Origin: Thermoplasmata archaeon
Lineage (GTDB): Archaea > Thermoplasmatota > Thermoplasmata > Lutacidiplasmatales > UBA184
DNA: 64,000 bases
NCBI GenBank assembly: GCA_027315165.1
Contig: DAHUYN010000003.1
Span: 27,990-91,989, forward strand
Direction: 5' to 3'
Of this stretch, positions 37,338 through 47,608 are shown in pieces. Position 1 is the stretch's first letter, and each line of letters begins with the position of its first letter. The notes below the pieces were generated by a model that was not told where the DNA came from, made no database searches, and worked only from the letters and a program-made list of their open reading frames with translations. A program made the position numbers and the translations under genes.

Positions 37338-37772
37338 ATGAGCCCCCCGTCCGGTCTCAACACCGCAGGGAAGCTGCAGACCCTCCGCCAGCGGCGACGT
37401 TGGTCGGACCGGTACTACAAGCGGCGCACCCTCCATCTCAAGGAGCGCTCGGACCCCCTCGAGGGCGCCCCGCAGGGCCGCGGGATCGTCCTCGAGAAGG
37501 TCGGTGTCGAGGCCAAGCAGCCGAACTCCGCCATCCGCAAGTGCATCAAGGTCCAGCTGATCAAGAACGGTCGGCAGATCACCGCGTTCGCCGTCGGCGA
37601 TGGCGCGATCAACTTCATCGATGAGCATGACGAGGTCCTCGTCGAGGGGATCGGCGGCCGCATGGGCCGGTCCTACGGCGACATCCCCGGCGTGCGCTAC
37701 AAGGTGATCCAGGTCAACGGCGTCTCGCTCGACGAGCTCGTCCGCGGACGCAAGGAGAAGCCGCAGCGATGA
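37338..37772 (+). CDS. rps12: 30S ribosomal protein S12 (uS12)
   Basis: [30 protein letters not shown] box upstream. Confidence 0.99.
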   Translation: MSPPSGLNTAGKLQTLRQRRRWSDRYYKRRTLHLKERSDPLEGAPQGRGIVLEKVGVEAKQPNSAIRKCIKVQLIKNGRQITAFAVGDGAINFIDEHDEVLVEGIGGRMGRSYGDIPGVRYKVIQVNGVSLDELVRGRKEKPQR

Positions 37773-38431
37773 GCGGAGCCCCCCCCGCCGTGCCGACGAC
37801 GGTGCCCGCCGAAGAGACGACCGGTCCGACCGTCGTGCGTCCGACGCCGCCCCCCCCGCCGCCGTTCCCGCTCCCGCCGCTGTTCGGCAAGTACTCGTTC
37901 GAGGGGATCGAGGTCCACGACCCGGGCCTCCAGCCGTACCTCTACCTCCACCCGATCTACGCGCCGCATTCCGAGGGGAAGCTGTCGGGCAAGCCGTTCA
38001 TGAAGACCCACATGCACCTCGTCGAGCGGCTCGCGAACCACCTCATGAAGGGGGGGAAGTTCACGGGCAAGAAGTCGAAGGCGCTGACGACGGTCCGCCT
38101 CGCCTTCGACGAGCTTGCCGCGCGCGAGAAGCAGAACCCGCTCCAGCTCCTCGTCAACGCCGTCGAGAACGCCGCGCCCCGCGAGGAGGTCACACGACTC
38201 CAGTTCGGCGGGATCTCCGTCCCGAGGGCGGTCGACGCGGCCCCGAGCCGCCGCGTCGCCGTCGCCATCCGCCACCTCGCGCTCGGGGCCATCCAGGCCT
38301 CGCGCAAGTCCACGAAGCCGATCCAGTCCTGCCTCGCGACCGAGATCGCGCTCGCCGCGAAGGGCGACCTCTCCAGCTTCGCCGTCGGGCGGAAGGAAGA
38401 GGTCGAGCGCGTCGCCCAGTCGGCGCGGTAG
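37769..38431 (+). CDS. rps7: 30S ribosomal protein S7 (uS7), Pro-rich N-terminal extension
   Basis: [31 protein letters not shown]. Confidence 0.98.
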   Translation: MSGAPPAVPTTVPAEETTGPTVVRPTPPPPPPFPLPPLFGKYSFEGIEVHDPGLQPYLYLHPIYAPHSEGKLSGKPFMKTHMHLVERLANHLMKGGKFTGKKSKALTTVRLAFDELAAREKQNPLQLLVNAVENAAPREEVTRLQFGGISVPRAVDAAPSRRVAVAIRHLALGAIQASRKSTKPIQSCLATEIALAAKGDLSSFAVGRKEEVERVAQSAR

Positions 38432-38447
38432 GCGCGAGAGAGAGCCC

Positions 38448-40649
38448 ATGACGCATATCCGGAGCGAGCTCGCCGAGGCCATCCCCGAGATGATGCGGAC
38501 CCGCGACCGGATCCGCAACATCGGCATCGTCGCGCACATCCACCACGGGAAGACGACCCTCTCCGACAACCTCCTCGCCGCGGCGGGGATGATCTCCAAT
38601 GAGCTCGCGGGCAAGCAGCTCTACCTCAACTTCGATGAGCAGGAGCAGGCGCGCCTCCTCACGATCAACAACGCCGACGTCACGATCGTCCACGAGTACG
38701 AGCAGCAGCAGTACCTGATCAACCTCATCGACACCCCAGGGCACGTCGACTTCGGCGGCGATGTCACGCGCGCGATGCGGGCCGTCGACGGCGCCGTCGT
38801 CGTCGTCTGCGCCGTCGAGGGCGTCATGGCCCAGACGGAGACCGTGCTCCGGCAGGCGCTCCGCGAGAAGGTCAAGCCCGTCCTCTTCATCAACAAGGTC
38901 GACCGCGCGATCAAGGAGCTCAAGCTCACCGCGGACTCGTTCCAGAAGCGGTTCACCGCAATCATCACCGAAGTCAACGAGCTGATCCGTCGGATGGCCC
39001 CGGAGGAGTTCGTCGACGAGTGGTCGGTCGACCCGCGCGACGGCTCCGTCGCCTTCGGGAGCGGCTACGAGAACTGGGCGATCAGCGTCCCCTACATGCT
39101 CAAGACCGGCGTGAAGTTCACCGACATCATCGACTACGTCTCCTCCGGCCGTTCGAAGGAGATCGCGCAGAAGGCGCGCATCAACGACGTCGTCTTCGAC
39201 ATGGTCGTCAAGCACCTGCCGAGCCCGGTCGTCGCCCAGAAGTACCGGATCCCGAACATCTGGAAGGGGGACTCGGGCTCGCGGGTCGGCCAGGCGATGG
39301 TCTCGACCGACTCCGAGGGCCCGACCGCGTTCATGGTCACCGACATCACGATGGACCCGAACGCGGGCGAGATCGCCACGGGCCGCGTCTTCTCGGGCCG
39401 TCTCCAGAAGGGGATGGAGCTCCAGGTCGCGGGCGGCAAGGCGAAGAACCGCGTCCAGCACGTCTCGCTGTTCATGGGCCCCGAGCGGCTGATGGTCGAG
39501 GAGGTCACCGCCGGCAACATCGCCGCGGTCATCGGGCTGAGCGACGCCTTCGCAGGGACGACGATGTCGACGGTCCCCGACATGGTGCCGTTCGAGGAGA
39601 TCCGCCACGTCTCCGAGCCGGTCGTCACCGTCGCGATCGAGCCCAAGCACATGAGCGACCTGCCCAAGCTCATCGAGACGATGCGCAAGGTCGGCAAGGA
39701 GGACGCGAGCCTCCGGGTCGAGATCAACCAGGAGACCGGCGAGCACCTCCTCTCGGGGATGGGCGAGCTCCACCTCGAGATCACCCAGTACCGGATCGTC
39801 AACGACTACAAGGTCGAGATCCAGGCCTCAAAGCCGATCGTCGTCTACCGCGAGACGGTGAAGGGTCCGGGCGGCCCGTTCGAGGGCAAGTCCCCCAACA
39901 AGCACAACAAGTTCTACTTCGAGGTCGAGGCGCTCCCCGAGGCCGTCGTCAAGGCGATCAAGGAGGGCGAGATCCCCCAGGGGAAGTCCTTCAAGGACAC
40001 CAAGACCCTCGTCACGAAGATGGACCAGCTCGGCATCTCGCGTGACGAGGGTCGGGGCATCGTCGCCGTCGAGGGGACGAACATCCTGTTCGACGTCACG
40101 AAGGGGATCCAGTACCTCAACGAGACGATGGACCTCATCGTCGACGCCTTCAAGGAGGCGATGAACCGGGGCCCCCTCGCCAACGAGAAGGTCTACGGGC
40201 TCAAGGCGCGCCTCGTCGACGCCAAGCTCCACGAGGACTCGATCCACCGCGGGCCCGCCCAGACGATCCCCGCGGCCCGCTCGGGGATCTACGGGGCGAT
40301 GTGTCTCGGCGACCGCGTCCTCCTCGAGCCGCTCCAGAAGGTCACCGTCAACGTACCCCAAGAGGTCCTCTCGGGGGCGACCCGGGAGCTCCAGCGCCGG
40401 CGCGGCGAGATCCTGGACATGACGAACGTCGGCGACCTGCAGACGGTCGTCGCGAAGGTGCCCGTCGCCGAGATGTTCGGGTTCGCCTCGGACATCCGCA
40501 GCGCGACGGCCGGCAAGGTCCTCTGGGCGACCGAGTCCCTCGGGTTCGAGATCCTCCCGAAGGAGCTCCAGAAGACGGTCGTCGCGGAGGTCCGCCAGCG
40601 CCGCGGCCTCAAGCCCGAGCCGTACGACGCGGCCTACTACTCCGGCTGA
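38448..40649 (+). CDS. fusA: Translation elongation factor aEF-2
   Basis: IRNIGIVAH, DTPGHVDFGG, NKVD, GMGELHLE, SPNKHN, diphthamide loop LHEDSIHRGPAQ; follows rps12-rps7. Confidence 0.99.
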   Translation: MTHIRSELAEAIPEMMRTRDRIRNIGIVAHIHHGKTTLSDNLLAAAGMISNELAGKQLYLNFDEQEQARLLTINNADVTIVHEYEQQQYLINLIDTPGHVDFGGDVTRAMRAVDGAVVVVCAVEGVMAQTETVLRQALREKVKPVLFINKVDRAIKELKLTADSFQKRFTAIITEVNELIRRMAPEEFVDEWSVDPRDGSVAFGSGYENWAISVPYMLKTGVKFTDIIDYVSSGRSKEIAQKARINDVVFDMVVKHLPSPVVAQKYRIPNIWKGDSGSRVGQAMVSTDSEGPTAFMVTDITMDPNAGEIATGRVFSGRLQKGMELQVAGGKAKNRVQHVSLFMGPERLMVEEVTAGNIAAVIGLSDAFAGTTMSTVPDMVPFEEIRHVSEPVVTVAIEPKHMSDLPKLIETMRKVGKEDASLRVEINQETGEHLLSGMGELHLEITQYRIVNDYKVEIQASKPIVVYRETVKGPGGPFEGKSPNKHNKFYFEVEALPEAVVKAIKEGEIPQGKSFKDTKTLVTKMDQLGISRDEGRGIVAVEGTNILFDVTKGIQYLNETMDLIVDAFKEAMNRGPLANEKVYGLKARLVDAKLHEDSIHRGPAQTIPAARSGIYGAMCLGDRVLLEPLQKVTVNVPQEVLSGATRELQRRRGEILDMTNVGDLQTVVAKVPVAEMFGFASDIRSATAGKVLWATESLGFEILPKELQKTVVAEVRQRRGLKPEPYDAAYYSG

Positions 40650-41239
40650 GCCGGTCGGCGCCTACGCGCGGGCTCCGCGCGCGCGACCTCGTCGAGCGTG
40701 TGCTGGGCCCGGTCGCGCACGCCCTCGACGGAGTGGGTCCGCAGCGGCCAGGCCCCCTCGCGCTGGAGCAGCCAGCGCTTCCGCCACAGGCCGAGGCCGT
40801 AGCCCGTGAGGGAGCCGCTCTCGCCGACGACCCGGTGGCACGGCACCACGATCGGGATCGGGTTCCGGTGCATCGCGCCGCCGACGGCGCGGGCGGCTCC
40901 CGCATGGCCGGCCCGTCGCGCGAGCTCGCCGTAGGTGACCGTGTCGCCCGGGGGCACGCGGACGAGGGCCCCGTAGACGTCGCGGTCGAACGACGACGCG
41001 TCCTCGAGCGCGAGGTCGACCTCGAAGGCGGTCCGCGCCCCGCGGAAGTACTCGGCGAGCTGGCGCGGGGGCGAGCCCTTCGCGAAGGGCGGTCGGCGTC
41101 GGCGCGCCGCCTCGGGCGTCGGGGTCGCGGCGAGGCCCCGCTCCAACAGGTCGACCCAGCGCACCCGCTGGCCCTCGTAGGCGATGCGGAACGTGCCGAT
41201 CGGGGTCGCGACGTCCGCGACCTCGAGCCCGGGGGCCAT
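40637..41239 (-). CDS. ogt: Methylated-DNA-protein-cysteine methyltransferase
   Basis: TYGELA, RAVGGA, NPIPIVVPCHRV. Confidence 0.95.
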   Translation of the reverse strand: MAPGLEVADVATPIGTFRIAYEGQRVRWVDLLERGLAATPTPEAARRRRPPFAKGSPPRQLAEYFRGARTAFEVDLALEDASSFDRDVYGALVRVPPGDTVTYGELARRAGHAGAARAVGGAMHRNPIPIVVPCHRVVGESGSLTGYGLGLWRKRWLLQREGAWPLRTHSVEGVRDRAQHTLDEVARAEPARRRRPAQPE

Positions 41240-41263
41240 CGCGCGGACAGCGCGTCGGGCCGC

Positions 41264-41755
41264 TTAAGCCCGCGGCATCGCGACGACGCGGGGGACGGCG
41301 TGCTCGACGGCGAGCGTGTGGAGCCGTCGGCCCCACTCGCGGGCCCGCTCGAGCTCACCGGCCTCGAGCGGACCCTCCCGGCCCGCGACGAAGAAGCTCT
41401 CCGCCGGCGCGATCGGGATCGCCCCGCGCGCGACGAGGGCCTTCTCGAGGGACCGCGCGGCGGAGCCGGTGATCCATCGGCCCATGTCAAAGCGCGTGTC
41501 GAACGCCGCGACGAGCCGTTCGCGGAACCGCTCGTGCGGGATCCTCTCGAAGGCCCTCCAGGTGTCCTCGTCGACCCCGTGGCCGTGGGTCGGGGCGCCG
41601 ACGACGAGGAGGGTCTCCCGATCGAGACGACGTGCGTCGAGGTCCCGCAGCGGGACGGGGGGATCCGGCCGCTCCGACGGCCACGATTCGGCGATCGCCT
41701 CCGCGACGCGCCGTGTGTTGCCGTACGTCGAGTCGTACGCGACGACCAGCCGCAT
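41264..41755 (-). CDS. Flavodoxin family protein
   Basis: YDSTYGNTRRVA, VGAPTH, AAFDTR. Confidence 0.9.
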   Translation of the reverse strand: MRLVVAYDSTYGNTRRVAEAIAESWPSERPDPPVPLRDLDARRLDRETLLVVGAPTHGHGVDEDTWRAFERIPHERFRERLVAAFDTRFDMGRWITGSAARSLEKALVARGAIPIAPAESFFVAGREGPLEAGELERAREWGRRLHTLAVEHAVPRVVAMPRA

Positions 41756-41829
41756 GGTCCCCCCGAGCCCCTTGAGCCTCTCGCGCCTACATCCCTCGGC
41801 GGTCGAGCCGGGTTGACGGGGAGCCGACG

Positions 41830-42504
41830 CTACTCGAGCCCCGTCGCGCTGATGCGGAACTCGGCGCTCCCCTCGCCGCGCGAGCGGTGCTTCATCAGGA
41901 CGACGCGCCGTCGCGGGCCGCTCAGCCGGTCGAACCGAAGGATCGTTTTCGCCGCGTGGTTCACGAACGAGCCCCCGAGCGGCTCGAGGGTCCCGTCGCG
42001 CTGGTTCCGCCACACCTGGTTCGTGAAGAGGACCGGCACCTGGGTCAGGAGCGAGGTCGTGAGAAGGTCGGCGAGCTGGAAGCCGAGCGACTGGCGTCCC
42101 TCGTCCTCGCTCCCGCTCGCGAGCGTGAGCCGGTAGTGGAACGTCGCCGAGTCGAGGACGAGGAGACCGACCGGCCGGCGTCCCTCTCGCGCGAGCTCGC
42201 ACGCCTTCGCGACGGCCCGGCCCTGCTCCTCGAGATCGCGGGGGGTCGAGAGGAGGAGGCGGCGCAGGACCTGGTCGGTGTGGCCTCGAGAGATCGCCTC
42301 GAGGCGGTCGACGCTCACGCCCTCGGTGTCGACGTAGAGGACCCAGCGGTCGGCGAGCGCGACGCGCGTCGCCACCTGCAGGCAGAAGAGGGTCTTGCCG
42401 CTCCCGCCCTCCCCGTAGAGCTCGGTGAGCCCGTCCGGCTCGAGCCCGCCTCCGAGGAGCTCGTCGACGGAGGCGATCCCCGTCGGGAGCCGCTCCGTGG
42501 GCAT
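41830..42504 (-). CDS. radB: DNA repair protein RadB
   Basis: LLGGG, YGEGGSGKT, YVDTEG, VLDS, TNQV, KHR; no RadA N-terminal domain. Confidence 0.93.
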   Translation of the reverse strand: MPTERLPTGIASVDELLGGGLEPDGLTELYGEGGSGKTLFCLQVATRVALADRWVLYVDTEGVSVDRLEAISRGHTDQVLRRLLLSTPRDLEEQGRAVAKACELAREGRRPVGLLVLDSATFHYRLTLASGSEDEGRQSLGFQLADLLTTSLLTQVPVLFTNQVWRNQRDGTLEPLGGSFVNHAAKTILRFDRLSGPRRRVVLMKHRSRGEGSAEFRISATGLE

Positions 42505-42553
42505 CGCGGCCGGGACGAGGCGGCGCGCCTTAAGGGGATGGGTCGCGCGGCCG

Positions 42554-43894
42554 CTACGGAGGGAGCGGGATCGGCTCCCCGAGCACCGGGGGGCGGACGG
42601 GGCTCTGGGCCTTCGCGAACGCCTCCGGGTGCTCGGTGTGGACGGGGACGAGCGCCTTGGGCGCCACCCGGTCCGCGACCGTGAGGAGCTCGCTCCCCGA
42701 GCAGTGGCCGGAGGCGTGGAACTGATGGAACGAGAGCCCGAAGTGGTCGACCCAGTTGTGGAGGACGGCGTCGTCGAGGTCGTCCTCGGAGAACGGCTCG
42801 CTCATCGAGTGGATGTACGGGCTGCCCCGCTCCGGCCGAAGGTCGATGAGCTCGGCGAAGTGGGGCAGCCCGAGCTCCATCAGGTAGCGACCGGGGTGGC
42901 GTCGGAGCGTCCCCGCCTCGATCGCGCCGTCCTCGAAGACCCGCTCCCACTTGTAGTAGGTCTTCTTCGGCCGACGGTAGACGCGAAGCCCCTCCGAGCG
43001 GCCGGGGACGGGCGTCCCCTTGGGGAGGAGCGGCGCCGCCGTCGCGAGGAGGTGCGCGGTCTTCGCCGAGACGACGAGCTCCCGGTCGGCCGCGCGCGCG
43101 GCCTCGTAGAGGGTCGTCAGCCGGTCGATGTCCCTCGGATAGCAGCTCGCGATCGCGAGCCGGTCGCTCGAGAGGAGCAGCGAGTCGACCCCCTCGCGAA
43201 CCCCCTTTTCGCTGAAGTTCCGCCTCGGATCGGGGCCGGCGCGCGTCCCCTCGGTGACGAGGAGCGCGGGGGCCTCGGCGCTCGCCGCATCGACGAACGC
43301 GTGCGTGTCGGCGGCCCGCGGGCCGTGGGCCCGGAAGTCCCCCGTGTAGGCGATGGTCCCCTCGCGCGTTCGAATGAGGTAGCCGAAGGCGAACGGGATC
43401 GAGTGGTCCACGGGGAACGCCTCGACCTCGAGGTGGCCGACGCGGACGGGCCGGCCGGGCGCGAGGGTCTTGTAGGGATGCTCGCCGTAGCCGCGACCGC
43501 CGCTCGTCTCGATCGCCTCGAGGAGGGTCCGGGTCCCATCGCCGACGTGGACCGGGATCGTGGGGTCGAGGAGCCCGAGGTGGCCCGCGTGGTCGTAGTG
43601 CGCGTGGCTGACGAAGACGGCCTGGAAGGTGGGGGGCTCGTAGTCGAGGTCGGCCCCGTGGAGCGCCTCCTCGGCGTAGAGGCCGGGGACCCGCGGGAGG
43701 AGGCCGAACTCGAGGAGGTCCTTCACCGGGCTCGTCGACCGGGGCTGGAGGAAGTTGAGGTAGAACTCCTCGAACCGGGGCGAGAACGACGGCCCGAAGT
43801 CGAAGAGGATGCGGTCGGGGCCGTCCTCGATGACGACCTTGTTGCCGCCGATCTCCTCGACGCCGCCCAGGAACGTCACCGTCGGGGGCCGCAC
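42554..43894 (-). CDS. Metallo-beta-lactamase-fold hydrolase (RNase J/beta-CASP-like)
   Basis: GGVEEIGGNK, SHAHYDH, VDHSIP, YTGDFR, HASGH, PVHTEH. Confidence 0.88.
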   Translation of the reverse strand: MRPPTVTFLGGVEEIGGNKVVIEDGPDRILFDFGPSFSPRFEEFYLNFLQPRSTSPVKDLLEFGLLPRVPGLYAEEALHGADLDYEPPTFQAVFVSHAHYDHAGHLGLLDPTIPVHVGDGTRTLLEAIETSGGRGYGEHPYKTLAPGRPVRVGHLEVEAFPVDHSIPFAFGYLIRTREGTIAYTGDFRAHGPRAADTHAFVDAASAEAPALLVTEGTRAGPDPRRNFSEKGVREGVDSLLLSSDRLAIASCYPRDIDRLTTLYEAARAADRELVVSAKTAHLLATAAPLLPKGTPVPGRSEGLRVYRRPKKTYYKWERVFEDGAIEAGTLRRHPGRYLMELGLPHFAELIDLRPERGSPYIHSMSEPFSEDDLDDAVLHNWVDHFGLSFHQFHASGHCSGSELLTVADRVAPKALVPVHTEHPEAFAKAQSPVRPPVLGEPIPLPP

Positions 43895-43946
43895 GGCCCC
43901 GCGAGCGGTGCCGCGGCTTAAGCGACTTCCGTAGGTCCGAGCGCCG

Positions 43947-44081
43947 CTACCGGGCCTTGAGGACCTTCTTCACGTTGGGGTGCTCCTTCGTGAAGATCTT
44001 CCCGCCGCAGTTGTCGCAGCGGACGCCGAAGAGGTTGGAGTCGCTGGGCAGCGGTTCGCCGCAGCGGATGCACCGGAACAT
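43947..44081 (-). CDS. rpoP: RNA polymerase subunit Rpo12 (P)
   Basis: MFRCIRCG...RCDNCGGKIFTK...KAR; follows rpl37ae. Confidence 0.92.
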   Translation of the reverse strand: MFRCIRCGEPLPSDSNLFGVRCDNCGGKIFTKEHPNVKKVLKAR

Positions 44082-44104
44082 GTCCTTGCCTCGCGCTCCC
44101 CAAC

Positions 44105-44389
44105 TTAACGCTTGCCCGCGGCCTCGAGCTCGCCCTGGGGCGGCTTCTCCGACCGCGTGATCGGCGGTGGGGCCGTGAACAGATAGGCGCCCGAGGCGTA
44201 CTGCGTCCCGCAGCGACTGCACTCGAAGACCCCCGAGGCGATGCGATCGACGGTCACGGTGGCGCAGCGGGGACAGGCGGCCCGGGCCTCGCGGGCCCGG
44301 TCGATGTCGAGGACCCGGCGTCGGATCCGGATCCCGTAGCGAGGGCCCATCCAGCCCGTGTTGCCGACCTTCTTCGTCCGCTTGCTCAT
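44105..44389 (-). CDS. rpl37ae: 50S ribosomal protein L37Ae (eL43)
   Basis: KRTKKVG, GPRYG, CPRC, CSRCG, GAY. Confidence 0.95.
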   Translation of the reverse strand: MSKRTKKVGNTGWMGPRYGIRIRRRVLDIDRAREARAACPRCATVTVDRIASGVFECSRCGTQYASGAYLFTAPPPITRSEKPPQGELEAAGKR

Positions 44390-44393
44390 CGCG

Positions 44394-45176
44394 TTACACT
44401 CCTCGCGCGACCGCGCGCAGGCGCTCGCCGTGCTGGAAGGCGCGCTCGACGACGTCGCGGACGTCGTCGGGCGAGAACGCCCCGATGAGTCCCTTCTGCA
44501 TCGCGACGACGTTCCCGGCCTCATCGGTCGCGACGGTGATCCGGCCCTGCCCGGCCTTCTCCTCGTCAACGAGAGGGTCGACGACGATCGCGTCGCCGAG
44601 ACGGACGAACGTGCACTCGACCGGGTAGTGGTTGACCTCGAGCGGCGTGTCGGTCGTGCCGACGCCGAACCGCTGGTTCGGGAACGTCGCGTGCGTCAGC
44701 GCGCCGAGCGCGGCCAACAGCGCCGTGTCGATCAGGTTGCCCGTGTGGTCGAGGACGTGGATGTCGGTGTAGCAGACCCAGGTCTTCTCGCCGGGCGTGA
44801 CGCAGAGCTTCGTGAGGTCGATCGTCTCCGCGGCCCGGATGGCCCGGTCGACGACGCGAGAGACCTCGATGGCCCTCGGGTGCGGCGGACCCGGCTCGAA
44901 CATCGGCGAGGAGAGCGGGACGAGCTCCGCGTTCGTCGTGAGCACGCCCGCGTTGGGCGTGTCGGGGAACGGCTTGCCGAGCTCGAGCTTGACGCCGCAG
45001 AGGACCTTCGTCGAGCCGATGGTGGCGAGGGCCGAGCCGTCGGCGCTCGCGACCCAGCCGGGCTCGACCGTGACCTCGCGGTAGTCGTCGAGGCCGCGGC
45101 CGTCGAGACGCTTCCCGTTCTTGGCGAGGTCGAGGATGTGCGTCGTGAGGATCTCGGCGGTGACCTCGTCGCTCAT
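44394..45176 (-). CDS. rrp42: Exosome complex subunit Rrp42
   Basis: RLDGR, PFPDTPN, FEPGPP, RVVDRAIR, GNLID. Confidence 0.96.
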   Translation of the reverse strand: MSDEVTAEILTTHILDLAKNGKRLDGRGLDDYREVTVEPGWVASADGSALATIGSTKVLCGVKLELGKPFPDTPNAGVLTTNAELVPLSSPMFEPGPPHPRAIEVSRVVDRAIRAAETIDLTKLCVTPGEKTWVCYTDIHVLDHTGNLIDTALLAALGALTHATFPNQRFGVGTTDTPLEVNHYPVECTFVRLGDAIVVDPLVDEEKAGQGRITVATDEAGNVVAMQKGLIGAFSPDDVRDVVERAFQHGERLRAVARGV

Positions 45177-45931
45177 GCCGCGCCTCCCGTGTGCCCCTCG
45201 GGGCGCACGGCGTAGCGGTCCCGAAGCGCCTGCTTCATCACGTCGTAGATCTGGCGGCAGCCCTTGACGCCCAGGTCGAGGGCCTCGCTGAGCTCGGCCC
45301 GGTTCAAGTGGCCCTCCATCTGCAGGAGGACGAGGCGGCCGGACTGCGGGACGAGCGCCATCGGCAGGTCGGCCTCGCCGAAGTTGTCCTCCTCTTTCTT
45401 GAGGTCGAGAACGATCCGCCCGGCGATCTTTCCGACGGCGACGGCGGGGAGAAGGTCGACCATCGGGATCCCCGCGTCGGCGAGCGCGACGGACGCGGCG
45501 ACGATGCCGGCGCAGCGGGTCCCCGCGTTCGCCTGCAGGACCTCGATGTAGACGTCGATGCTCGTCCTCGGGTACTCCTCCGCGAAGATCACCGACTCGA
45601 ACGCCTCGGCGATGACCTTCGAGATCTCCTGGGACCGGCGGTCGAGCCCGGGACGCTTGCGCTCGTCCACCGAGAACGCCGCCATGTTGTAGCGGCACTG
45701 CACGATCGCCTTGTTGTTCTCCTGGAGGTGCCTCGGGTGGACCTCGCGCGGCCCGTAGACCGCCGCCATGACCTTGTTCGCGCCCCACTCGACGAAGGCC
45801 GAGCCATCGGCCTCGTGGAGGGGACCCGCGGTGACCTTGAGGGCTCTCAACTCGTCCAGGCGCCGTCCGTCGATGCGCAGCCCCTCGGGGGTCAGCAGCG
45901 TCGGGACCTCCTTCGCTCCTACGTTTCCCAT
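45173..45931 (-). CDS. rrp41: Exosome complex subunit Rrp41
   Basis: RIDGR, YGPRE, RRSQEIS, AGTRCA, EDNFGEAD. Confidence 0.97.
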   Translation of the reverse strand: MGNVGAKEVPTLLTPEGLRIDGRRLDELRALKVTAGPLHEADGSAFVEWGANKVMAAVYGPREVHPRHLQENNKAIVQCRYNMAAFSVDERKRPGLDRRSQEISKVIAEAFESVIFAEEYPRTSIDVYIEVLQANAGTRCAGIVAASVALADAGIPMVDLLPAVAVGKIAGRIVLDLKKEEDNFGEADLPMALVPQSGRLVLLQMEGHLNRAELSEALDLGVKGCRQIYDVMKQALRDRYAVRPEGHTGGAA

Positions 45932-45954
45932 CGTTCGTCTCTCCTAAGGATCTG

Positions 45955-46851
45955 TCAGAAATCCGGCGCGTCCGGCTCCGCCTCGTCGGCCGGGGCCCGC
46001 GCGGCGGGGTCCTGCAGATCGAGGGGCGGCGGCGTCGGTCGGTCGTGGCGGTGGTGCTCGAGGTCGACCTCCGGCTCGTGCGGCAGGTCCGACCTCGCGT
46101 GGCCGCGGTGGTCGTGGATCGCGCCCGGGTCCTGGGTCTCCTCGAGGTAGCGCTGGATGCGCTCGGTGAGCCCGGGGAGGTGTCCCTCCTCGTCGATCAT
46201 CCGCAGGCACTCGCGCGCCCGCAGGATCCCCTCGGGGGGGCCGTCGAGGAAGATGCGGCCGTTCTGGCCGACGACCATCTGGCAGCTGGTGAGGCGCGTG
46301 ATCGTCTGGATCATCGACCCGCCGCGCCCGATGACGCGAGGGACCCGGGCGGGCGCGATCTCGACGATCGTGCCGTTCTCGAGCTTGCCGAGGCCCTCGC
46401 CGAGCATCGTCACGCCGATGCGCCCCGTGTTCTCGATCGCCTCGATCGCGACGACGACGGCGTCTCCGACGCGCAGGTACTGGGCGGTCTCGCCGAAGTC
46501 GATCTTCCACGGCGTGCCCGTCATGTGCAGGGGGGCCCAGCGGGGGGCGCCGATGTCGAGGAGCCAGAACGTTCCCTGGACGTCGGTCACGGTCCCGAGG
46601 ACGACGTCGTGCGGCTTCGGGATGTACCGACCCGACAGCGGGACGACCCGGACGGCCGGGGGGCGGGTCTGCAGGAGCCCGAGGACGCTCGCGAAGATGC
46701 GGCCTTGGACCCGGTAGGTCCCCGGACCCGGCTTCAGCCCGTGGGCCGGGATCTCCTCACCCGGCAGTACTAAAACCCGCTCGCCGGCGGAAGGGGAGCT
46801 TTCTCCCCCTTGGCCACGCCCTCGGTGGCCGGAACGATGACCGCTACCCAT
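45955..46851 (-). CDS. rrp4: Exosome RNA-binding cap protein Rrp4
   Basis: VLPGE, GRYIP, S1 region, KH motif VPRVIGRGGSMI, VGQNGRI, GLTERI. Confidence 0.95.
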   Translation of the reverse strand: MGSGHRSGHRGRGQGGESSPSAGERVLVLPGEEIPAHGLKPGPGTYRVQGRIFASVLGLLQTRPPAVRVVPLSGRYIPKPHDVVLGTVTDVQGTFWLLDIGAPRWAPLHMTGTPWKIDFGETAQYLRVGDAVVVAIEAIENTGRIGVTMLGEGLGKLENGTIVEIAPARVPRVIGRGGSMIQTITRLTSCQMVVGQNGRIFLDGPPEGILRARECLRMIDEEGHLPGLTERIQRYLEETQDPGAIHDHRGHARSDLPHEPEVDLEHHRHDRPTPPPLDLQDPAARAPADEAEPDAPDF

Positions 46852-46887
46852 TGTAGATCGTGCACCGGTCGGCGCGACGGAGGGGGC

Positions 46888-47583
46888 CTATTTAACGAGC
46901 GTGGTCTCGGCGGCGCCCTTCGTCCTCGCGTTGAGCTTCTCGTAGAGCTCCGTCTGGACCCCGGCCGGGATCTCGAGGACCGCGGAGTAGCTCCCATCGC
47001 CGAGCCACTGCTCCTCGAGAAGGCGACCGAACCCCTTCAGCTCCCCGATGACCTTGGGGTAGTGCTGGCCGGGGATGCGAAGCCGGACCCGGACGGTGTC
47101 GAGGCGGATCGGGAGCAGGGGCCGGAGCTTGGCGAGGATCTCCTGGACCTGCTGGTCGGCCGGCCGGAACGGGTCGATGTGGACCTTCGCCTCGTTCATC
47201 GCCGCCTCGATGCGCGCGGGCGGATGGGGGGCGCCGGTCTGCGGGTTCATCGCGTTGCGGGCGATCGTGGCGACGATCTGCCGCCGCTTGGCGGTCTGGA
47301 GCTGGTGGCGCTGCTCCGTCGTCACCTGCACATCCCCCTTCTGGATGATCTGGCGCGCGATCTCGACGACCGAGCGCGTGTGGAAGATGCGCTCGAGGTG
47401 CTCCTCGGAGATCTTGTCGCCCTTGCGCGCGTCCTTGAAGACCTGGTCGAGGGCGAGCTTGTCGGCGAGGTCGACCGTCTTGCCGTCCTTGAGGTCCTGG
47501 ACGGCCTGCGGGTCGACGAGCACCTCGAAGCGGGAGCCCTGCGTCTCCCACCGCGCGACGACGGCGTCCTCGACGCTCACCAT
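46888..47583 (-). CDS. Ribosome maturation factor SBDS/Sdo1
   Basis: RFEVLVDP, VFKDARKG, PHPPARIE, IDPFR. Confidence 0.96.
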   Translation of the reverse strand: MVSVEDAVVARWETQGSRFEVLVDPQAVQDLKDGKTVDLADKLALDQVFKDARKGDKISEEHLERIFHTRSVVEIARQIIQKGDVQVTTEQRHQLQTAKRRQIVATIARNAMNPQTGAPHPPARIEAAMNEAKVHIDPFRPADQQVQEILAKLRPLLPIRLDTVRVRLRIPGQHYPKVIGELKGFGRLLEEQWLGDGSYSAVLEIPAGVQTELYEKLNARTKGAAETTLVK

Positions 47584-47608
47584 GTGGGGCCTCCCGGCCT
47601 CGGCCCCG

